Source of the DNA: Octopus sinensis
Taxonomy: Eukaryota
Assembly (NCBI RefSeq): GCF_006345805.1
Contig: NW_021832552.1
Location: 1-64,000, forward strand
DNA length: 64,000 nucleotides
Direction of reading: 5' to 3'
Shown: piece after piece, positions 35,396 to 49,660 of the stretch
Layout of the letters: every line of letters starts with the position of its first letter
How positions within the stretch are numbered: position 1 is the stretch's first letter
The notes under the pieces: generated by a model
Databases searched by the model: none
Told to the model about the DNA's origin: nothing
Seen by the model: the letters and a program-made list of their open reading frames with translations, nothing else
Translations under genes and position numbers: made by a program

Positions 35396-35706
35396 GACCA
35401 ATGCCTTGTGAGTGGATTTGGTAGACGGAAACTGAAAGAAGCCTGTCGTATATATGTATATATATATATGTATGTATGTGTGTGTTTGTGTGTCTGTGTT
35501 TGTCCCCCCTAGCATAGCTTGACAACCGATGCTGGTGTGTTTATGTCCCCGTCACTTAGCGGTTCGGCAAAAGAGACCGATAGAATAAGTACTGGGTTTA
35601 CAATGAATAAGTCCCGGGGTCGATTTGCTCGACTAAAGGTGGTGCTCCAGCATGGCCGCAGTCAAACGACTGAAACAAGTAAAAGAGTAAAAAGAGTAAA
35701 AGAGTA
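35396..35706 (+). mobile_element. SINE family 1, 5'-truncated
   Basis: Family match. Confidence 0.85.
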
Positions 35707-35915
35707 ACTAAAAGTAGTTAAATAAAAGTAGAATGCAGTAAGGAATGAGTTTGACCTTTAGATATATGGTGATAAACTTCGGATATATTTCGGTCATACT
35801 TTGATCATTTTAGTCCTTAACAGAGAATCAATAATGAAACCATTTGCTACAAGATTTCAGATTGACTAGAGAAAACTACCCAAGGATACCTAGATGCATG
35901 AAAACTAATTATTAA

Positions 35916-36344
35916 CCCTTTCGATACCAACCTGCCTGAAACCAGCTCTGACTCTGAGTACAAATGTCTTGGTTTCATAAGTTTTGAATTAATATCTTCC
36001 ACCAAACCTTAGTCACAATTTATGTTCCTAACACTAGCTGAATGATAACTAAGTTATTTTGCTAAATTCCATGTTAGCGCGCCGGGCGAAATGCTTAGCG
36101 GTATTTTGTCTGTCGTTACGTTCTAAGTTCAAATTCCGCCGAGGTCAGCTTTGCCTTTCATCCTTTCGGGGTCGGTAAATAAAGTACCAGTTTCGCACTG
36201 GAGTCGATGCAATCGAATTAATCCCTTTGTCTGTTCTCGTTTGTTCCCTCTGTGTTTAGCCCCTTGTGGGCAATAAAGATATATATATTTAAAGTAATTG
36301 AAAGAACCACAGAGCATCTCAAAATAAATACAGTAACGAAAGGG
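35916..36344. mobile_element. piggyBac-like MITE with a SINE family 2 inserted at about 36072-36280
   Basis: TTAA|CCC...GGG|TTAA ends; both halves are collinear with the 32027 and 36763 copies. Confidence 0.85.
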
Positions 36345-36762
36345 TTAATGCTTGGGCAAATCGAAAATTGTCGTGAGTTGTTACTTTACTGATAAAGTGC
36401 ATGTGTGTAACCGCAGCACTTCCCAGAAGTAGGAGCAGCATTCTATACCACCCGAGCTCTGTTGAGGGATCAGAAGTTGTTTGAAAGCTGAAGTATTCGA
36501 TGGACCTGAAGAAGAAAGTCCCTATTTGTGAAGTAGCTGTTGCTGTGCTGAGGATGTACATTTGCAAAGAGAGATCTGAGACCTTGAGTGGGCTGTTAGG
36601 CTCAACATTTGTAGCCACCAGGGGATTCTGGTTGTGTGTTCTTATATTCATTGCTTTCTTCATACGTGTGGTGATTGAGTGAAGGAAACAAGACTGGCAT
36701 TGAATTCAGCATTCATTTCTAAAAATTAGGATTTTAGGGACAGTAGCAATGTACATGGTTAA

Positions 36763-36984
36763 CCCTTTTGTTACCAACCCGGCTGAAACCGGCTCTGGCT
36801 TTGTAGTACAGATGTCTTGTTTTTCTAAGTTTTGAATTAAAATCTTCCATCAAACCTTAGTCACAATTTATGTTCCTAACACTAACTGAATGATAACTAA
36901 GTTATTTTACTAAATTCTTTGTTATATTCAAAGTAATTAAAAAGAAACTCAGAGCATCTCAAAATAAATACAGTAACGAAAGGG
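36763..36984. mobile_element. piggyBac-like MITE
   Basis: TTAA TSD and CCC/GGG termini. Confidence 0.85.
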
Positions 36985-37157
36985 TTAAATCTCTTGCTTA
37001 TAAAACTCTACAAATGCTTTACAATGCATCAACATCAAAACGGTTAGGTGTACATAATGAAATGAGGTAATCTTATTTTGGGATGTGTATGTGTGTTTGT
37101 GTTTATGCCTGCATGGTCATTTGTTAATCATATTAACTCGCATTGTCAAATTACTAT

Positions 37158-37436
37158 CCTCATCATCATCATTTAATGTCTGCTTTCCATGCTAGCATGG
37201 ATTGGACAATTTGACTGAGGTCTGGCAAACCAGACTCCAATCTGATCTGGCAGAGTTTCTACAGCTGGATGCCCTTCCTAACGCCAACCACTCCGAGAGT
37301 GTAGTGGTTGCTTTTACATGCTGCCGGCACTAGGGCCAGTTAGGTGATTCTGGCAACGGCCATGCTCAAATTGTGCTTTTTATGTGCCACCTGCACAGGA
37401 GCCAGTCCAGCGGCACTGGCAACGATCTCGCTCGAG
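37158..37436 (-). mobile_element. RTE-type retroposon 3' end
   Basis: Family match. Confidence 0.65.
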
Positions 37437-37620
37437 TGTATTTTCTATGTATTTTTTTAATTTTTGATATAATTCATCAAGCATGATACAACACTGGCTT
37501 ATGCGTAGGTGTGTGAGTGTGTGTGCATGCGTGCGTGCATGTGTGTGTGTGTGTGTGCCTGTATATGTATGTATATTCAACCAATGATAATATTGAGTGT
37601 GCCTTTTTTCTGACTTGAGT

Positions 37621-38072
<452 letters not shown>

Positions 38073-38094
38073 CCAACAAATAATATATACATAC

Positions 38095-38146
<52 letters not shown>

Positions 38147-38461
38147 TGCGTGTGTGTGTGTGTGTGTGTGTGCGTGCGTGCGCGTGCGTGTGCGCGCACT
38201 GTCTCCGACTGTACATATGTGTTAGTGATAAGTAGAATGATAGCAAATGTGTATTATGAGAAAGAGTGAGGAGAGAAGGAAAAAGAAAGAGAGAGAGAAG
38301 GGGCGAATGTGAATGAGAAATGTGATAGAACCATCTATTGAAAAAGAGCCAGATTTTCCAACTGTATTAAGGTAATTTCTAAAAAGAAGTTCAAACCAAA
38401 GTTTATTCATAGTAAATGTAACAAGTGTTGTCTGGTACCATTTGGTATGAAAATATAGCAG

Positions 38462-38878
38462 GGATCTTTTCGGTTTGACTGGCAGTTTTTAAAAATAATT
38501 TCCACGTAACTAAACATTTTTAAACTTCGTATACTGGTAGAATGCGTTTATAAAACATCTTTTTCTCTTGGCTTTATTGAGAAAATTCTAGTTTGTAAGA
38601 TATTTGTTGTTGTTTTTTCTTCAATTTCTGCAATTTCAACCAATCAATGACGTCTATTGAGGTAAAAAAACATTCTGTGCCGTATGAATATGTCCCTCGT
38701 TTAAGAAACAGATTGGGTTTATTTATATTTGTAAAGAAAAAACGATACCCTTCCCCCACCCCTAACCCTAACTCTAAAACAGATTGAAATGCAATAGATC
38801 GATACTAGGGTCATAATTATGGGTGACAATTTCATATGACACCGCTAGAAAAAACTGCCGTTCAAACTGAAAAGATCC
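38462..38878 (-). mobile_element. MITE with GGATC TIRs and 8-bp TSD
   Basis: TSD TATAGCAG/TATAACAG; reverse orientation relative to the 31448 copy. Confidence 0.85.
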
Positions 38879-39742
38879 TATAACAGAAGTAGGTTTTTGG
38901 AGTTAGCCCACAATTTATTACGGCCACCACGAGGTATTGTTGAGAATGAATGTGGAAACGACACCGCAAAGGCAGTGTTGCACTTACAGTTATTATATTA
39001 CAAACAATTAGTAATTGCTTTGACTACAACAACTTCCTATCTACCCGACAAATCTCGGTTCGATTTCGCAGAGAGATTTCTATTTGTGAGCATTTACCAG
39101 TGTGTGAACATTTATCGACATATACTTACGTATATACATACAGATCTATATTACACGTATCTCCGTACAATGATTTATAATCGTATACAATCAATCGTCT
39201 TCAAACATCCAGTTATATTAACTCTAGTACTGGCTGGCTGGTATCTATTTCATCAACTCCGGAAAGCTGCAAAAAACAAAGTCAACTGCATTATAATACA
39301 AAAGGAGACAGAGACTCGGCTGAATCTGTTCTGCCCATTCCCATCCACAAAAATCGCCTCTATGCGATTGCTTACCCTACAAGAAACACTAGGCATATCT
39401 ATCTTAAATCACACATCTGCTGAGCAATAACAGGAAAAAACACGTAGAAAACTGGAGTGCCCTCTATACAAAAAAAAAACTGGTTCTGCTCGCAACCGGA
39501 ACTTCTTTGTTCGTAACCTTTCTAGGTCAAGGCATGTATATACAGATATGTATATACAGTAAGAGAAAAAGAGATAGTGGGGAGCGACAGACAGACAGGC
39601 GGAAATAAATAAATAAAGAAAGAAAGAAAGAAAGAAAGAAGAAAGAAAGAAAGAAAGAAAGAAAGTAAGAAAGAGATATGGAGGATAAAGTTGAGGAGAG
39701 AAAGTGTATATAGATTAAGATATATGATTGAAAGTGTGAGTG

Positions 39743-40148
39743 TCATCCACTTATATTTGGACATATATATAAGAGAAATATTGTGTATTTTCCCTTTCTG
39801 CATGATACGAAGTGTCCACTGCAAGTACTGTTTCTGACAGAGGGGTCTTTAATCTGTTGTTTGTGTACACGAACTCTGTCATGTAGTCCTGTTCCGGTTT
39901 CGCCAATATAGTACTCTTTACAGTGTGGGCAAATTGCACAGTAAATTAAGCTTTTCGCCTTGCAATCCATGTATGTATTGACCTTGAAAATCTCATTGTT
40001 TTTAAAGTGGATTTGTTCACCATGTACAATGTATTCACAGGTTCTGCATCAAGGATCCCCGCATTTTTTAACATTCATTGTTTCAATGTTAAATGTAAAT
40101 TTCGCCTTGGTGAGTAGTTTTTTTTTAAGCTTGGTACTTGGCGTCTGC
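39743..40148 (-). pseudogene. Penelope-like element fragment: zinc-knuckle linker plus GIY-YIG endonuclease
   Basis: KLLTKAKF...KKCGDP*CRTCEYI...MDCKAKSLIYCAICPHCKEYYIGETG...RVRVHKQQI. Confidence 0.85.
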
Positions 40149-40169
40149 TATATATATGTATATATCTAT

Positions 40170-40758
40170 GTATAACTCCAAGAAAGTTGCAGTTTGTGAA
40201 TCCAACATACTAAGGTATAATATCTATCCAATATACTACTGGTAGAATACCCAATTATTAATACACAAGTGTTTTTTATTGCATTGCAATTTCGTTACCT
40301 AGTGTACTAAATGGGTGGGTGAAGGTAAAGAGATATTTTACCATTAATTTATATTGCAATAAGAAAATGGAGGGTATCAATAGGTGGTTCATCAACTTTT
40401 AGACATTATATTATGTTAACTTATTTATTTATTTACTAAACTGATAATTACAATAATATACATACATGTATAACATATTCTTTACATATAAGATATAAAA
40501 TATAGTAATATATAAGGATACCAGTAATTATTATAAAAAAACATGTTTTCCCAATTTATATTCACGTTTTTTTATAATAATTACTGGTATCCTTGTATAT
40601 TGCTATATTCTATATCTTATATGTAAAGACTAATATGTTATATGTATGTATATTCTTGTAATTGTCATTTTAGTAAATAAATAAATAAGTTGACATAATA
40701 TAATGTCTAAAAGTTGATGAACCACCTATTGATACCCTCCATTTTCTTATTGCTATAT
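40170..40758. repeat. Foldback element: about 195-bp arms (40351-40545, 40563-40758) plus left tail
   Basis: ATTGCAATAAGAAAATGGAGGGTATCAATAGG... pairs with ...CCTATTGATACCCTCCATTTTCTTATTGC. Confidence 0.85.
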
Positions 40759-40761
40759 ATA

Positions 40762-41384
<623 letters not shown>

Positions 41385-41744
41385 ATATATATATATATAT
41401 ATATATATGTACCCATAGCCAACTAACCAACGTGACTTGTTAACTACTGTGTAATTGTATCATACCACACCATACGGTGTTCTGCTGTATCCAAGTTATC
41501 TGGAGCTTGTTCTGTAAGGGCATTTGCTGAGATAAAGCTGATCTTCTCAGCAATGCACCAACTGTAATTGCAGGATAAACCAAAAGAAATACAGAAATAA
41601 AATAAAGAAACTTGGTAGTTTCTTTTATGTTGTTTCGTTTTATGCATAGTTCTGTTCCAATAAACTTGTCTTGCTATTTCTATTGGCTTTGGAATCGGGA
41701 GGAAAGTATAGCCTGCGAATAAGCACGTAGCACACACGTACACA

Positions 41745-42118
<374 letters not shown>

Positions 42119-42171
42119 GATTTAAAAAGAGTGGTAGATAGAGTAAAGTCGAATGACTGTAGGGAGTGGAG

Positions 42172-43930
42172 TCACCAACATTTCGGACAGAGGCCTTATT
42201 CAGAATTGAAATGATTGGGAGATTAAAGGCAGCAGTGTTTTGTTTCCTCTACTTTTGAATGATTGGCTGCAACTGATGGGATACCCAAAACAGTGTGAAT
42301 GTGCTTACGTGGACTGGGAGTGATAGTTGAAAGGAAAGACGTGTGATAGGGAAAAAGGAAAGGGAAATAAAAAGTGGGACAGAAGATAACAAATGTGAGG
42401 TGAAGGGAAAATTTGAGGTTAGAGGGTTGCTGAAGGATAAAACCAGGATTACAATATTAGGAGGGGATAAATGAGTAGAAGGAAAATGCATTCAAATAAA
42501 CTCGTCGGTGCCATGGCTCCGAGTTTGAATAGGAAATATTGTTAATTCCGTTTACTCAAACGTGCAGATCCAGGATATGTAGAGATACTGCACACCGATG
42601 TGTAATGGAAATGGTTCGTTGTGCTAAGTTAGATGGCAACGAGTTATCCTGGAATGCATAGCAGTGTACAGAGAATGAGTCTGCGGAAGCAATCAGCAAG
42701 GCGACTGCTCGTTTCATCAATCCAGAGTGCACCGAAAAGTTTTCAGATGATGCACAATATGATGTTCGAAGATGCGTATCAGAGATTTGGGACGATGAGA
42801 TACAGTGGCTTAGAAACGGTTGATGGTTGTAGTATTGTTGATACTGGGACAAGTTTAATTTAATTTAATTTGATTTAATTTAATTTTTATTGGCTCAAAA
42901 AGCAGAAGCAAGGCCATGTAGGGGGACAGGGAGTTATGTACAGGGAGGATGGTCATACAAAGAGTTCAGGCCATTTGTGGTCAAGAGAGACTTTGAACTA
43001 TCTCGTCCGGCAGCTTATTCCACGGATCCGCAACCCGGACGGAGAAAGCCCCTCTCCTTCGACTGAGATTAAATCGCCATAGATAGAGCTTTTCGTAATG
43101 ACCCCGTAGCCGACGCTCTGGAGCAGAAGTGAAGAACAGCTCTTTCGAGAGGTTACACTTTCCGCTTATGATGTTGTGAGCGAGAATGAGATCACCACGG
43201 CGGCGGCGTTTTTCTAGAGAATAAAGGTCGAGCGTTTTCAGCCTTTCTTCATAAGACAAATGCTTGAGATCAAGAACCATGCGGGTAGCCAGCTTCTGGA
43301 CTCTTTCGAGATGATGTATGTCTTTGAGGAGATAAAGAGAAGAGGCTTGAATCCCGTACTCCAATATGGTCTCATAAGTGTTGAAGTGTTGCATCGTCGG
43401 CGAATGCATTTACAAGTATCTTGCTGTGTATAGCTGGGTACGAGCGAGCTTCTTACTCGTGGGTTACCGTGGTTCCTTTCTTGTTTTGTGGGTGAAGAGA
43501 GTAAGGGCGGAAAATAGCAGAATGGTTGATGGATCAGAAATTAGAATTTGGATGTTAAAGATGAGTGTGTTTCTATGGGAGGGTGGACGAGAGTTGAAAA
43601 AAGAGGGAGAGTAGAATTCGGCTAAAAGGTTATTGGAAATGGTAGAAGAGCAGTGATGTAGTCGATGGCTTGGTCACAGCGGAGTGCAGAGTTCACAAAC
43701 GGTTGAGGATACCCTCAGGAAGAATTGTCACATTCTATCACATTGTTTCGAAATCTGAATCGATGCTGGAAAGCAGCGAAGCCAAGGGAATTGAGAGAAT
43801 GGTACGGCAGATTTGGTATGGGTGGGACGAGTGAAAGAATAGTTTAGATAGAATTGGGTGTTAGAAGGCTTGTAAGGGACAAAATTGGACAGGCAGATAT
43901 TACCCTTTTCGCCCCACATATTTATACTCT
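42172..43930 (-). pseudogene. Decayed Penelope-like element (RT thumb, zinc knuckle, GIY-YIG, 3' UTR), interrupted by a LINE
   Basis: YKPSNT..YLNYS..PTHTKSAVPFSQF, RGYPQ, CKCIRRRCNT|CPS, ASSNIILCII*KLFGALWIDETSSRLADCFR, YFLFKLGAMAP; several frameshifts and stops. Confidence 0.8.
42855..43383 (-). mobile_element. 5'-truncated CR1/L2-group LINE 3' end with (AAATT)n tail
   Basis: ILEYGIQA..LYLLKDIHHLERVQKLATRMV...LYSLEKRRRRGDLI...FSVRVADPWNKLP; AAGT duplicated at both junctions. Confidence 0.9.
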
Positions 43931-44689
43931 CTGTTTTCCCACACTTTCAGTCATCCTGTCTATTCTCACACCAGATCATAATGGCTTTGAAAAGGAAGGA
44001 AACTCTTTAATCTCGCAGGAGACAAAGAAACTGTTCTATTGTTAGTGCCATGATAAAATAAACCTCGTGTACTCTACAAAGTGATTGACGCTCAAACGGA
44101 CACAACATAGGGTACAGCGGACTCTTTAGGTGCACCAACAGCATGGCAACCCTTCTAGTTTTACTGAGTACCTTGATAAGATGTACCAAGCAAAACTCTG
44201 TAAGAATGTTTTCCATACTCAAATTTTTGATGAATATTATGCTAGCGTGAATTATGATTTGTTGATAGCGTTTTTGAAGGTCCGCCATTGATGGCAAGTT
44301 AAAATTGTCCGTTTGCTTAAGCAATCACCAGCGAAACTTTACTCTCATAAAGAGAACAAAATTTATTACGTATAAAAGTTGATTCTGACTTCAACTTAAC
44401 TGTTCTCGAACGCAAGCAAACGTGCGTCTAAAAAAATATCTATCGATAATTTTGTAGGTAAAGGATAATAAGCGAGATGAAGAACTATAGAATACTGAAT
44501 CAAACAAGTAACCAAACACCCAATCAAAAGAACATTTAGTTTAGTCGGCTGGCAGAGCGCATGAAAAGCTGGGCAGGAGCCAAAATTGCAAGAAGTAGTT
44601 GGTAAGCAGTATAGCAATAGCCGCAATGTGTTTCCAGATTTAGACGGCTCAAAGCTATGTATACATGTATGCAACAGAAAGCGAACTGA

Positions 44690-45120
<431 letters not shown>

Positions 45121-45344
45121 GCGTGTGTGGGGGGGAGGGTACGTGCACGTGAAAATATCTATGTGTGTGTTTGAGAGTTCGCCAATATTATCAAATAGGA
45201 AAAAAGCCATGAAGTTTCGATCATGCGATGCAGGGGTTGCTTCCTGTGGGGGGGGGGGCGCAGTGTAAAAGGATTTTGCATAGATTTTGCGTAGAAATGT
45301 TGTTCTTGCTGTTGCTGTTGCTATTGCTGTTAACATTAAAGTTA

Positions 45345-45995
45345 TTGTGGTGGTGGTGGTGGTGGTGGTGGCGACGGCAGTGGCTGCGGCGGTGGCGGCG
45401 GTGGCGGCGGTGGCGGCGGTAGTGGTGGTGGTGGTGGTGGGGTTTGGTGGTGGTGGTGGTGGTGGTGGTGGTGGTGGGTTTGGTGGTGGTGGTGGTGATG
45501 GTAGTGGTGGTGTTGATGGTGGTGGTGGTGGTGGTGGTGGTGGTGGTGGTGGTGGTGGTGTTTGTGGGCGGTAGTGGTGGTGGTGGTGATGGTAGTGGTG
45601 GGTGGTGTAATGGTAGTGGTGGTGGTGCTGGTAGTGGTGGTGGGGGTGGTGGTGGTGTTTGTGGGCGGTAGTGGTGGTAGTGGTGGTAGTGGTGGTGGTG
45701 ATGGTAGTGGTGTGGTGATGGTAGTGGTGGTGGTGATGGTAGTGGGTGGTGGGTGGTGGTAGTGGTGGTGGTGGTGGTGGTGGTGGTGGCGTGGGCGGTA
45801 GTGCAGTGGTAGTGATGGTAGTGGTGGTGATGGTGGTGGTGGTGGCTGGCGGTGGTGGTGGTGGCGGTGGGGGTGGTGGTGGTGGTTGTTGGTGATGTTG
45901 GTGGTGGTGGTGTGGTGGCGGTGTGGCGGGTGGGCGGTAGGTAGTGGTGGTAGTTGGTATGGTGATGGTAGTGGTGGTGGTGGTGGTGGTGGTCA
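45345..45995. repeat. (GGT)n-based trinucleotide repeat tract
   Basis: Read directly. Confidence 0.95.
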
Positions 45996-46254
45996 TCGTC
46001 GTCGTGGTGTTAATATTGGTACTTCCTCCATCCCTCTTTCAGTCTTTGGTAATTGTTGACCGAGGAATGCTGGGCATCTGCTGGATGGCTATAGACCGTC
46101 CATACAGAGATACACACACATATATATATATACACATACTTATAGATTATATAGACACGAAGAAGTCTATACTCATACATACGCACTGACACATACAAAA
46201 CTACACAGACACACGGCTACATTTAATGTGTTTGTATGAGCATGTCTAGATGTA

Positions 46255-46374
46255 CGTGGGTCGGGGTTCAGTCCCACTGTGTAGCACGTTGGGGCAAGTG
46301 TCTTCTCCTAAAGCCGCGGACCGACCCAAGCTCTGTGAGTGGATTTGGTAGGCGGAAACTGAAAGAAGCCCGTC

Positions 46375-46416
<42 letters not shown>

Positions 46417-46625
46417 CTGTCTGTGTGTGCGTGTGTGTTTCTGTGTCTGTATTTGTCCCTCACCACCGCTTGGCAACCAGTGCTGGTATGTTTACGTCCC
46501 CGAAACTTAGCAGCTCGGCAAAAGTGAGCGATACAATAAGCACTGGGCTTTAAAATAAAGTACTGGTGCTGACACACTCGACTAAAAATTCTTCGAGGTG
46601 GTGCCCCAGCATGACCGCAGTCTAA
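46255..46625 (+). mobile_element. SINE family 1 variant
   Basis: Family match with older divergence. Confidence 0.8.
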
Positions 46626-46646
46626 TGACTGAAACAAGTAAAAAGA

Positions 46647-46677
<31 letters not shown>

Positions 46678-47230
46678 CATATGGGGTGGGGGTTGTCTAC
46701 TTCTTATTCAGAGTTTCACCACCTCCTGTACCTACACCTTAAATCCATCATGGCATCTGATGTGGCTTTTTAAACCAGACAATGTATTGAAAAGACACCC
46801 ACATAGATTGCATATCTGATTTGGACCACCGAAAGCTGCAGTTAAGTTCTGATCTTTGTGGATCTTAAAATGTCTTTTGAGGCTTCCGTGCACAGACATA
46901 TAGGCAGAATGATTGGTGGAGATTTATTTTTCATGGACATCTGTTCACTATTTTCCACTCGTTCTGGTTTAACTACCCTCCATGTTTGTTTTCGTTCGGT
47001 TGTCTTGTTTTTGTTCCCAACTTTGACTTTCCACAAACCCTAAATTTTATTTTAGAATTTATGGGAACAACTGTCTTTGAAGACTCATATTGTCCGTGAA
47101 TGCTCGAAATGAGGAGTAGATAGACAGCCGACAATTGATGAAGGGTCCTTTCTCTGTTTACTTGTCCTGTTTTCTATTTGTTTTCTCTCATTGTTTACAT
47201 ATTTAACTCGTCCTGTACTCATATTTGCAT

Positions 47231-47261
<31 letters not shown>

Positions 47262-47504
47262 TATATAATATATATATATATATACGTATGTGTGTGCATG
47301 TATGTATGTATGTATGTATGTATGTATGTATGTATATATATATGTATAAAATTTGTTATATATGTATGCATGTCTATATCTCTCTATATATAGCTAGATA
47401 AATTGGTATACATACATCTATATGTATATATATGTAACATATATATGTAAAGATATACACATGTATCAATGTTATAATATATATATATATATTATATATA
47501 TTAT

Positions 47505-47564
<60 letters not shown>

Positions 47565-47977
47565 GAAACGTGAGATGTAACATACGATAAACTTCGGAAG
47601 AGAATTGGCAACTCAAGGGAAGCATTTGAAAATGGAATTTACAAATAGATAATTGGAACGCAGTGGCGGTCTCGCTTGGCTGGGATCCTACTATTGTTTC
47701 CAAGAACTCACCGATCCAGGCCAACGCACATTACCTCATTCTACACACATTACCTCTATCCAGCGCACATTACCTCATACTGTATAAATCAATGACCACC
47801 CAACATTTTCACCTCGGCTTTCGAATGCAATTATTTTAATGTCTGGCCTTAAGTTCCATCGAATAGCCAGCTAAATTTGCGGATGAGAAATACACAGACC
47901 TTAATAGAATGCCTGTTTGCTGTAGAGAGCACTTTGAGATTTGGTACTACACCCGATTACTTGATTAAATCAAAGTA

Positions 47978-48374
47978 ATCTTTATATATAAAAGTCAAGT
48001 TGTGTGTCTGTCTCCAACGATTTAGATTCCTAACTACTCCCACATTTTGCGGTGCAGTTTAACCAAAAGCGGGTATCTTATAGTCGTGATTCATATCGAG
48101 CCCTTCTGGGTATTAGATGCGTCTACGATGAGTTTACGATTTAAAAAAAAAATTACCATCAATTTTTCACATTTTTAATGCATTTTCGCTCGGTTTATAT
48201 AAGGGAAGTAACTCTCTAAAAATGTATTATTAAATCTCAGAACGTAAAAAGCTACAGCAACCCCCCCTCTTGTGGTTAGCCATATTGAGATGGCTATTAT
48301 ACTTTACATCTCTAAAAATGCTTATATAGTTATTTTCCTTATAAATCCGAGCAACGCCGGGCGATACTGCTTGT
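47978..48374 (-). mobile_element. Helitron/HINE-like element, homolog of 56-355
   Basis: Reverse-complement match at both ends. Confidence 0.65.
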
Positions 48375-48586
48375 ATCGAATAAATGGTTTGTTCAGAAAC
48401 ACAGTGTAGAAATTCCTATTGTGTATTTCAACATACGCGCTAGAAATTGTCATACCAATATTTTAGCCTCTCGGTCATTTTGCTTGTATAAAACCTCGGC
48501 TTAGCCTGAGAATATCTCAGGTAAATGATTCCCCGTTGAGTGACCCGAATTCCTCTATCGCTGCAGTAATTATGAATCATGTCCAC

Positions 48587-49216
48587 GGCGGCGAGCTGGC
48601 AGAAACGTTAGCACGCTGGACGAAGTACTTAGCGGTATTTCGTAGTAAAGAAATAGAAATAGGTATTTCGTCTGCCGTTACGTTCTGAGTTCAAATTCCG
48701 CCGAGGTCGACTTTGCCTTTCATCCTTTCGGGGTCGATAAATTAAGTACCAGTTACGCACTGGGGTCGATATAATCGACTTAATCCGTTTGTCTGTCCTT
48801 GTTTGTCCCCTCTGTGTTTAGCCCCTTGTGGGTAGTAAAGAAATAGGTATTTCGTCCGTCTTAACGTTCTGAGTTCAAATTCTACCGAGATCGACTTTGC
48901 CTTTCATCTTTTCGGGGTCGATAAATTAAGTACCAGTTACACACTGGCGTCGATGTAATCGACTTACTCCCTTTGTCTGTCTTTGTTTGTCCTCTCTATG
49001 TTTAGCCCTTGTGGGCAATAAAGAAATAAGAAACGTTAGCACATGATATTTCGTCTGTCTTTACGTTCTGAGTTCAAATTCTGCCGAGGTCGATTTTACC
49101 TTTCATCCTGTCGGGAGTCGATAAATTAAGTACTAGTTGCGTACTGGGATCGATATAATCGACTGGCCCCCTCCCCAAAAATTTCGGGCCTTGTGCCCAG
49201 AGTAAAAAAGAATATT
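48587..49216 (+). mobile_element. SINE family 2 trimer (about 184-bp units)
   Basis: Head at 48587; units restart at 48661, 48845 and 49045; the last unit has a different tail. Confidence 0.85.
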
Positions 49217-49660
49217 GAATCATGTCTGAACGAAATGAAACACAAATTTCTTTGACACCATTCACCATTCTTTGTTGGCTGTTCCTACAAAGTTAATGGA
49301 ATTCACGAAATAAGATAAGTTCGCTGCAATGTTATTTTACGAATTTTATTAATTGTTGTTGTTATTGTTGTTTAGAATCATGTCTTCATCTTTCACTGAA
49401 CAAAGAAAACATAAAAGGCCGTTCCATCCATGATCATCCGTCTTATTTTTTTATAAGATTATATTATCCCGTCTGTCTATTTCTGTCTCGTGTTAGCTAC
49501 ATAGAACACCCCCCACTTTATTTCAAGTCCTTCACTTTTGTAGCAACGTGTTTTCTCGAGGCAGTAAACCTACACAGAGGAGAGAGAGAGAGAGAGAGAG
49601 AGTGTGTGTGTGTATGTGTATATATATGTGTATGTGTGTGTACATATATATATATATATA

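Noticed and set aside
36319-36700. Coding-like minus-strand stretch
   Set aside because: No recognisable protein in any frame, and the ORF ends inside a MITE.
38897-39430. 177-aa ORF
   Set aside because: TTG start, no recognisable motif, no splice support.
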